Source: an uncultured delta proteobacterium (GTDB taxonomy: Bacteria; Myxococcota_A; Polyangia; Polyangiales; JAFGIB01). Taken from it: a stretch of DNA of 64,000 nt. Made by a program: the position numbers and the translations under genes. The stretch lies in NCBI GenBank assembly GCA_963778655.1, contig CAVZVA010000010.1:32001-96000 (forward strand), read 5' to 3'. Below are positions 56,839 through 64,000 of the stretch, in pieces (the stretch's first letter is position 1; every line of letters begins with the position of its first letter). A model generated the notes under the pieces. The model did no database searches. It was not told where the DNA came from and saw nothing but the letters and a program-made list of their open reading frames with translations.

Positions 56839-58825
56839 ATGAGCTCGAATGCATTTCAGCGCTTTTTCGCCCATCGCCCGTGGCTTGGGCGTCTCGGGCT
56901 CGGCGTGATCCTGGGCCTACTCGGGCTCGAGCTCGTCTACGTGGCCACGGCCAATACCATCCTCGGCACGAGGAGCCTCGACCGCTGGGTGACCGGTGCG
57001 ACCCCAGGTCTGAGCCTGAAGGTCGAATCGGGTTGGACGCTGTGGCCTGGACGCGTGCACCTCCGGCGCTTGGAGCTTCACTTCGAGGACCACAACCTTC
57101 AAATTCTCGGTGTCGATGGACACCGCCGTGGTCGACATTCGGCTCTGGCAGCTGCCTGGCAAGACCTTTCATCTGACCCGCGTGCGCGCCGAAGGGGTGC
57201 GCTATCTCTTTCGACACAAGGTCGCTGACACCGAAGGCATCGAACGCAGGCTCGCCCTCTATCCGAAGATCGCCGGCTTCTCGGATCCCCCGCTGTTCAC
57301 AGAGCCGAAGCGTCCACCGCTGAGCGATGAACAGTACGATCTGTGGACGATTCAGCTGGAAGACGTCGACGCGGATGTCAAAGAGCTGTGGTTTCTCGAG
57401 TATAGGTTTACCGGCACGGGTCGTGCGAAGGGCGGCTTTCGACTCCAGCCGGAGCGTGACGCGCGTACCGATTGGTGTTCTCTCACGCTCGACGGAGCGT
57501 TGCATGTGGGCAAGCAGGCCGTGGCGTCGCGGCTCACCGGCCGCATCCAAGCTCAGCTCGACCGACACGATCCACGTGTGGTTTTCGGAGCACAAATCTT
57601 CACGAAGCTTTCGTTCGACGCCGACCTGCGCGCGGCGATTGCCGGTCTCGAGCCGACTGAGCTCTACGCCAGCGCGGACGGCCCGCACTTGAGCCGCGGC
57701 ATGGGCACGCTGCGCGTGCTCGCCAAGCTCAGGCATGGCGCATGGATGAAGACCACCGAGCTTCGCTACAACACAGCGGGAGTGACCCTGTCACAGGGCC
57801 ACCTGGTCGTCGCGGGCGCGCTGAGCTCGAGTGTAGACCTCATCAAGGCGGGAAGAGCGGCGCTGTTCGAGCTGTCGGCCAGCTCGGCGCGGCTGAAGCT
57901 ATCCTTCAAGGGTTCGCCCAAAGCGCTCGAGGGCCCGACCGCTCACGATGTTCACGTGAGCACCGAGGTGTCTGCGGATCTGGCCGGCGAGATTCGCCAG
58001 ACTTCCATGAATGCTAGCGCCAAGGCGCAGCTCCCAGAGCTCGCCTGGCTCAACTATGCGTTCAGCAGCAGCAAGTTGCTTACGGGCGGCAGCGGCCAGG
58101 CAAACGCAACGCTCGAGTGGAACGCGGGCAAAAGTGCAAAGGTCCAGGCTGCGCTCGAGGTGAAGAACGCCGGCTTCAATCTCGGAACAATACCGATGCT
58201 GCTCTCCGGATCCGCGGGGGCAGCGGTCAGGTACGACCCAAAGACCAAGCAAGGTCATGCCAGCCGATTCGGGCTCGAGCTTCCGCAGCTCGCCGCTCTG
58301 GTCAAGAACAAATGGACCCCACTTCCTGGCGGATTCCAGGCGCACGCTGAACGACTCAGTTGGCACGGCCTGCCTCCCCGGCGCTCGCGGGGTCGCTTCG
58401 AGCTGCACAGCGGGACCATCAAACCGTGGGTGCCTCTCCTGATCCGGTCGGGCTTCACCCGCAGCATTGCCATGGCGCTGGTCAACTTGGGCAAAGCGCA
58501 CGCAATTGTGGAATTCGACCGCACGCCCGCCGCGCTGGTGCTGCGGCTAGAGGAATTTCAAAGCGGCGACGTGCGAGGCACCGGCATTCTCAGGGACCAG
58601 ACGGACCAAGAGCATCCGTGCGGCAGGTTCTTCGTGAGCTCTCCGAAGCTGGGCGTGGGCATCGTGCTGTACAACGGAGCCACCTCGGTCAGGCCCTTCG
58701 TGTCGGGCAACTGGTGGCGCGAGCGGCCGCCCATCGAGAGCTGTGGCCCCGAGGTTGCAGACAATCGCAGGATTTTCGCCAGCAGCACGCCAAATCCGCG
58801 ACCCGAGGCGCCAGAACACCAGTGA
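56839..58825 (+). pseudogene. Membrane-anchored beta-rich hypothetical protein (AsmA/TamB-like?) split by a frameshift near 57102
   Basis: Frame 1 MSSNAF..TM..SGWTLWPGRVHL..EDHNLQ joins the 57110 ORF as HNLQFSVSMDTAVVD if one A is removed from CAAATTC. May be a sequencing error. Confidence 0.65.
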
Positions 58826-58847
58826 TCTACCAGATCGCCCCTCCTCG

Positions 58848-59783
58848 CTAGGAAGCGGTTTCAGCAGCCGCGCGGCGTCGCCTACGCGGCTGCCCCATCG
58901 GCCGGAGCTCGGCGTGCGGCGCGGGGTCGGGATCCCGGCCGGCGCGAGCGCAGAGCACCCGCGTCAGTGACGCGCCGAGCAGGAGCACCTGCGCCTCGTA
59001 ATAGCACCAGAACAAGAATGCGGCGATCGAACCCACGGCACCCGCGACCCATGCGGGCGCGATGCGTGAAAAATACAGACCGAGTAGCCAGCTGCCGAGC
59101 AACATCATCGCCGCGGTCAATGCGGCGGCGCGCCATACGTCGCGCCAGCGAACGCTCGCGTCGGGTAGCAACTTGTAGATGAGAGTGACGACTACGCTCA
59201 GCAGCAGGAAGGACAGCAGAGACTGCTCCAGAAAGATCAAGCGACCCGCCTGCGATTTCAAGTGGAGCCACTGCAGCACGGATCCGCGCACGTCCGACAG
59301 CGCGGTCTGCACCACCAGAACGATCAGAAGCAGCGCGCCGCAGCCAGTCACCATCGCGAATGAAATCAGCCGTTTGACGGCCACGCGCTTGGCCGTCGCA
59401 AGCATGCTCTCGGCCAGCACCACCTGCACCCCCCAGATCGCATTGAGCGCCTCTTGTAGGACCATGAACAAGCGGCTGGCCGCCCAGATCAAAAACACGG
59501 TTGCGAGCACCGTGGCCCAACCGCTGCCCTGCCGCCGCGTCGAGTCGAGCAGCTCGAGCACCAGCCTCGAGATGCCGTGGCTCGAGCCGCGCTCCACGCT
59601 CGAGAGCAGGGCACGACGCGCGTGGTCGGGGTCGACCACCAGGCCTGCGATGCCGACGGCGATCACGAACAGCGGCGCGAGCGCGAGCAGCGAATAGAGC
59701 GAAAAGGCGGCCGCGAGGAGATGCCCGTGCTCGTCGCTGTAGCGCTCCCAGGTTGCGGTCAGCACTGCCCAAAGCCGCTTCAT
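58848..59783 (-). CDS. YihY/virulence factor BrkB family membrane protein
   Basis: LAAAFSLYSLLALAPL, LQEALNAIWG, IYKLLPD..WRDVW, FLFWCYYEAQVLLLGA. Confidence 0.92.
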   Translation of the reverse strand: MKRLWAVLTATWERYSDEHGHLLAAAFSLYSLLALAPLFVIAVGIAGLVVDPDHARRALLSSVERGSSHGISRLVLELLDSTRRQGSGWATVLATVFLIWAASRLFMVLQEALNAIWGVQVVLAESMLATAKRVAVKRLISFAMVTGCGALLLIVLVVQTALSDVRGSVLQWLHLKSQAGRLIFLEQSLLSFLLLSVVVTLIYKLLPDASVRWRDVWRAAALTAAMMLLGSWLLGLYFSRIAPAWVAGAVGSIAAFLFWCYYEAQVLLLGASLTRVLCARAGRDPDPAPHAELRPMGQPRRRRRAAAETAS

Positions 59784-59805
59784 CGCTCACCTCGCCGGTC
59801 CCCAG

Positions 59806-60942
59806 CTACGCCCGAACGATGAAGCGAATCACGTCCTGCCACAAGCGTTCGAAACCGCTGCGATCGAAACGACATCCACTGGCAAGCCAATCATAGTGCG
59901 GCGGCACTTGCTCCGGACCCGCGAAATGACCGATCGCGTCAAAGTGATCGGCTTTGGCCAAGTGGATCATCTCGCCCCATACCTGGGAGAGCGACGGCAC
60001 GATTCCGTCGTTGTCTTGCGCCGTCGGCACGGCGCCGAAGGCGTGCTCGAGCTGCGCGATCTGGACAGGGGTCAGGACCGGCAGATATTGATCGTTCATC
60101 GCACCCGTGACTTTGCGCAAAGCGCCAAACAGGAAGTGCGCGGCCTGAGCGTAGGGATCGAGGCCCACGCGCAACACGCCCCCGAGCGACATCGGTTCCG
60201 TGCTCGTGACCACGGAGCCGCAGCGGATACCTGCTCGGTTCTCCACCGCCGCGTCGAAAATGTCCATCGAGTCGGGCATCAGCTGGGGCATGAGTGCCTG
60301 GTCCTGCGCGATGTCTTTGAACAGTCCTGCCAGCTCGTCGCGCCGATCAGCCGAAAAATCGCCGAGCATCTGATTGAACAATTGGTCGGCAAGCGTGTGC
60401 TCGAAGCGACCCAGGCGACCGTGCAGGTGCACGAACAGTGTCGCGAGTCGGATCACGACCGAGAGCGGAAGCCTGCCGAAGCGCAGGACGTAGAGCGTGC
60501 CGAGCGACAGCAGACTGAGCAACTGCTCTCCGAAGCGCGTGGTGAAAAAGCTCGCCAGCGGCGTGCCTCGATGGGGGGTAGCGATAGTCACGATTGAGCG
60601 TACGCGGCGTGCCATCTGCTCGACGTTCTCGGCGGCACCCAGACTGGTTCCGGGCGTGCAGAGCAGTCTGGCGTCGAGCCCGCCGGTGGAGTGCCCGATT
60701 AGGTGCAGCGGTTCGTCGCCGAGGCCCGCCTCCTTCGCAATCGTCTCCGCCAAACGAAGGGTGCGCTTGCGCACGGACGACGTTGCATAATTGCGCACGG
60801 GATGAATCCGTACATCGATGCCAAGCTCCTCGAACGAGCGCGCGAGCAGCTCGCGCACGTGCCCGAAGTAGACGACCTCTCCGAGGTTCTCGATCCCCAG
60901 AAACCCCGGTATCAAGAAGATGTGTTGCGTTCGGCTGGTCAT
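59806..60942 (-). CDS. Triacylglycerol lipase-like alpha/beta hydrolase
   Basis: FLIPGFLG, LIGHSTGGLDAR, TIATPHRGTPLA, NDGIVP, ADHFDAIG. Confidence 0.9.
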   Translation of the reverse strand: MTSRTQHIFLIPGFLGIENLGEVVYFGHVRELLARSFEELGIDVRIHPVRNYATSSVRKRTLRLAETIAKEAGLGDEPLHLIGHSTGGLDARLLCTPGTSLGAAENVEQMARRVRSIVTIATPHRGTPLASFFTTRFGEQLLSLLSLGTLYVLRFGRLPLSVVIRLATLFVHLHGRLGRFEHTLADQLFNQMLGDFSADRRDELAGLFKDIAQDQALMPQLMPDSMDIFDAAVENRAGIRCGSVVTSTEPMSLGGVLRVGLDPYAQAAHFLFGALRKVTGAMNDQYLPVLTPVQIAQLEHAFGAVPTAQDNDGIVPSLSQVWGEMIHLAKADHFDAIGHFAGPEQVPPHYDWLASGCRFDRSGFERLWQDVIRFIVRA

Positions 60943-61206
60943 GGCACCACCTCGTGACTGAACCACGAACCCTTGCGCTTGCCAATCTCGGCGACCACGG
61001 GCGACCACGGGCATGACTTCGCGCAACCGAGTGAGCTTGCACTCAGGGCGCAGGCACGCCCCCGAAATGGCCCAGTAGACCAACGCCCGATCGCGCCAGG
61101 CGCAGTCAGACCGATCCGATCTCGCAGACAGCTTGCTCACGGCTGCGAACGTCGCCCGAGCTTTGTTGCAAATGGCTCCTGGCAGCGGGCCCCAAACCGA
61201 GTGCTG

Positions 61207-61234
61207 TTGACACGATAGCAAGCGTGTCTAAATG
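61207..61234 (+). promoter_or_regulatory. Possible promoter for the hsp20 pair
   Basis: TTGACA-N16-TAAATG overlapped by the inverted repeat GACACG-N8-CGTGTC. Confidence 0.35.
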
Positions 61235-61290
61235 ACTGGGCATCACGCGACCAACCGTGTCCTTTTGGACGCGAACTAGGGAGGTTGACC

Positions 61291-61749
61291 ATGCTCGTCA
61301 GACGTGTCTGGCCCTCGAGGCCGACTTTCGAGAGCTCCGCCGGCGATTACGATCCAGTGCGGCGCGAGTTGCTTCGCATGCTCGGATCCGTCGCGAGGGA
61401 CACGTCCGGCCAGGTCGAGCCGGCGATGTTCCCCCCGATCAACGTCACTCAAGACAACGACCACTTCTACGTGCGCGCTGAAATTCCTGGGATCAAGGCG
61501 ACCGAGCTTTCGATCTCCGCTCTCAGGAACCGGCTCTCGATCTCGGGCAAACGGGAGATCCCCGGGGAGCACGAGCGCGTCAGCTACCACCGCAAGGAGC
61601 GAGCGGAGGGTACTTTCAGTCGCATGGTGACGCTGCCGACGGAGGTGGACGCGGAGCGCGTCGAGGCGCGCTACACCGACGGTATCCTCACAGTCATGCT
61701 CGCAAAGGCAGAAGCCGCAAAGCCGCGCCAGATCAAGGTGAAGACATGA
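61291..61749 (+). CDS. Hsp20/alpha-crystallin small heat-shock protein
   Basis: FPPINVTQD, AEIPGI, LSISGKR, ERAEGTFSRMVTLP, ARYTDGILTV; GGAGG RBS. Confidence 0.95.
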   Translation: MLVRRVWPSRPTFESSAGDYDPVRRELLRMLGSVARDTSGQVEPAMFPPINVTQDNDHFYVRAEIPGIKATELSISALRNRLSISGKREIPGEHERVSYHRKERAEGTFSRMVTLPTEVDAERVEARYTDGILTVMLAKAEAAKPRQIKVKT

Positions 61750-61778
61750 CCACGCCAAGCCCCAAGGAGGGAACTGTC

Positions 61779-62186
61779 ATGGCAAAGGAAGTCAAAGCTG
61801 AGGTTCGGAAGGGCGAGAGACCGGGCGTGCCGGCCATTGTCGAACAGACGCATGCGGGGACTGTCTACACGCCCGCGGTCGACATCTTCGAGAGCGATGA
61901 CGCGATCACGGTCCTGGCCGACATGCCGGGCGTGAAGGCTCAGGATCTCAAGATCGATCTGCGCGAGGACGTGCTCACGCTCAGCGGTCGTGTCATGCCC
62001 GACGCGTCGACCGCAACGGAGGTCCTCCGTGAGTACGAGTCGGGTACGTTCTTCCGTCAGTTCGTGCTGGCCGAGTCGATCGACCAGGCCAAGATCGACG
62101 CGAAGCTTGCTGACGGGGTGCTGCGGCTAGAGCTGGCCAAGGTCGAACGGGCCAAACCGCGGCAAATCACGATCAAGACCAGCTGA
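61779..62186 (+). CDS. Hsp20/alpha-crystallin small heat-shock protein
   Basis: YTPAVDIFES, ADMPGV, FFRQFVL, AKLADGVLRL; AAGGAGG RBS. Confidence 0.95.
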   Translation: MAKEVKAEVRKGERPGVPAIVEQTHAGTVYTPAVDIFESDDAITVLADMPGVKAQDLKIDLREDVLTLSGRVMPDASTATEVLREYESGTFFRQFVLAESIDQAKIDAKLADGVLRLELAKVERAKPRQITIKTS

Positions 62187-62503
62187 GGTCGGCTTCGTCC
62201 CAACATATGTGGGTCGCAACCTGAGGCGATTACGCAGGCCTCGGTGGCGACCGCGAGTCGCCCAAGCAGCTGCAGGCCGGGCCGCACGTCCTCCAAGAAG
62301 CGCTTCATGGCCCGCTGCACGACGGGTTCGTCGTTGCGCCTCCGCGCGCCCGTGGGACTACGTTTGCCAGCAGCTGATGAAGGCCACCCACGTCTCTTCC
62401 GGGGCGCTCTGGATCAGTCGCCAGCGGCGATTTCGTGACTATGTATGATGGCGCGGCCTTCGGAGGCTTTCGGAGGCCAATTTGCTTGGTCGGAGGGGCA
62501 CCC

Positions 62504-62965
62504 ATGAATCCCGCACGCTCAGTAGCCGACATCATGACGCGCGAAGTTGCGGTCCTGCACGAAGAGGACAACGTCGAGCACATCTTGCAGCAAATGCACC
62601 GGCTGAAGCTCAGGCACGTGCCGGTGGTCGACCGAGGGCGTCTGGTGGGGCTGATCAGTCATCACGACATGCTGCGCTTCACGATTGGCCAACTGCTGCT
62701 CGACGTCCCGGTCCCCCGCACCCGAGAGGAGTACCTGGAGCAATTGGAGGAAAACACCTTTGTGGCCGGTGTGATGACGCCCGACCCCGTCACGGTGACT
62801 CCCCAGACGCCGATCGCCAAGGCCGCGGAAATGTTGTTCCGTGCAAACATCGGCTGTCTGCCGGTCGTAGAAGGCGGCCAGCTCGTGGGCATCGTGACCG
62901 AGACCGATCTTGTCGGGCTCCTGGTGCGGCTCTTGAAGGTCAAAACGGACGTGAGCGCTGCGTGA
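62504..62965 (+). CDS. CBS domain pair protein (AcuB-like)
   Basis: VADIMTREV, LRHVPVVD..LVGLIS, VMTPDPVTV, IGCLPVVE..LVGIVTETDL. Confidence 0.92.
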   Translation: MNPARSVADIMTREVAVLHEEDNVEHILQQMHRLKLRHVPVVDRGRLVGLISHHDMLRFTIGQLLLDVPVPRTREEYLEQLEENTFVAGVMTPDPVTVTPQTPIAKAAEMLFRANIGCLPVVEGGQLVGIVTETDLVGLLVRLLKVKTDVSAA

Positions 62966-63106
62966 TTGCGGACCCTCCAAGCGGCTTCCAGACGGACTTG
63001 TGAGGTAAGCTGGTCTGCTGTGGAAGCCGTCTTGGATGACTCGGAGGACCGGCTCGCGGACGACGCCGGCCCACACGGCGCACGGCCCGCGCCGTCGGGC
63101 GCGGGC

Positions 63107-64000
63107 ATGGACCTCGGCGCAATCGCCGTCGCGCTGCGCGCCCTCGAGGACCGGCTGATCGAGCTTCAGACGGCGATGCGCGAAGCGCTCGAGCGCGTCC
63201 CGGCCGATCGTCGCGCGAGTGCGGAGAACCTCGTGCACTACGTCGCACTCCGGCAGCACGACCTGCGCGAGCTGCAGGAGCAGCTCGCGCAGCACGGGCT
63301 TTCGTCGCTCGGCCGCGCCGAGAGCGCGGTGCTGGCGGGCGTGCTCAGTGCCTCGCTGCGCGCCCACGAATCGCTCGCGCTACACGGCGACGCCGAGGCC
63401 GCGCGCGAGCTGCCCAGCATCGAGGCGCGCCGCGCAAGTGCCATGTCGTGGCAGGACGCGAAGCAAAGGCTACACCAGCACACACGCGACGTTCTCGGAC
63501 CGCGGCCCGGCGATCGCCACATCGCCATCATGGTGACGGCGCCATCCGCCGCGGAAGCCGATCGCGCCTGGATGGTGAAGATGCTGCAGGCCGGCATGAA
63601 CGTGTTGCGCATCAACGCCGCGCACGAGGGCGCCCTCGAATGGAAGAGCCTCGTCGAGGCGCTCGCTGCGGCGCGTCGCGAGACCGGAAAGACCTGCCGC
63701 ATGCTCATGGATCTGCCCGGCCCGAAGATCCGCACCGGCCCGATCGCGGGGGGCGGTCACGTGGCGACCTGGAAGCCCGAACGCGACGAGATCGGGCGGC
63801 CGGTCGCGGCCGCCCGCGTCGTCCTCGGGCGCGCGTCCGCGCCGCAGGAGGGGGCCGGCGCGCTGCTCCGGGTGAGCGACGAGGCATTCGCAAGGCTCCG
63901 CGGCGGCGATGTGCTGCGCTTTCACGACGCGCGCGGCAAGAAGCGCATGCTCCGGGTCGACGAGGTCACCGCCGACCACGCGCTCGCGAGCACGATGGAG
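63107..64000 (+). CDS. pyk: Pyruvate kinase, long N-terminal-extension type (runs off window; in-frame GTG at 63020 is an alternative start)
   Basis: Own translation: SAENLVHYVALRQHDLRELQ..GLSSLGRAE, IAIMVTAP, AGMNVLRINAAH, LMDLPGPKIRTG. Confidence 0.88.
   Translation, partial: MDLGAIAVALRALEDRLIELQTAMREALERVPADRRASAENLVHYVALRQHDLRELQEQLAQHGLSSLGRAESAVLAGVLSASLRAHESLALHGDAEAARELPSIEARRASAMSWQDAKQRLHQHTRDVLGPRPGDRHIAIMVTAPSAAEADRAWMVKMLQAGMNVLRINAAHEGALEWKSLVEALAAARRETGKTCRMLMDLPGPKIRTGPIAGGGHVATWKPERDEIGRPVAAARVVLGRASAPQEGAGALLRVSDEAFARLRGGDVLRFHDARGKKRMLRVDEVTADHALASTME

Noticed and set aside
61179..61207. CIRCE element upstream of hsp20
   Set aside because: Only the right half (GAGTGCT) matches; the left half at N9 spacing does not.
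61228..61236. Third copy of the 50-bp element (CTAAATGAC)
   Set aside because: Only 9 bp match and there is no second arm.
62250..62340. Receiver-domain-like fragment NDEPVVQRAMKRFLE on the minus strand
   Set aside because: Too short to distinguish from chance without a search.

Overview
GC-rich bacterial chromosomal window. Gene content points to Myxococcota/Polyangia (inference): Gly-rich lipoproteins with Cys-rich tails, giant Ser/Thr kinase-ATPases, a MYXO-CTERM-like motif and vWA lipoproteins. No rRNA, tRNA, CRISPR array or transposase was seen. Left to right: a cre-tag-preceded operon (VIT/vWA protein with PEP-CTERM-like tail, exosortase K-like protein, creB, creC); a TolB-like lipoprotein; pirin; a hairpin-rich intergenic segment containing a 50-bp repeat that recurs at 51.2 kb; amidohydrolase and TetR; a truncated/fused hydrolase; a cytochrome c-PQQ lipoprotein; PadR-ferredoxin behind a perfect 18-bp palindrome; a head-to-head pair of paralogous kinase-AAA/STAND proteins; a three-gene DAB/MpsAB-type inorganic carbon pump; a PgsA-like enzyme; transhydrogenase pntAB-pntB without pntAA; a cytochrome c-copper monooxygenase lipoprotein; GST; a PL9 lyase; a vWA lipoprotein; a sigma54 activator; a TetR-associated acyl-CoA cluster with a B12 radical SAM and a dehalogenase-like hydrolase; and a stress-type region (lmo0937 x2, CsbD, PAP2, YihY, lipase, Hsp20 x2, CBS, pyruvate kinase) holding an apparent two-protein polyprotein and several gene remnants. 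All calls come from motif recognition by eye; no database searches were run.
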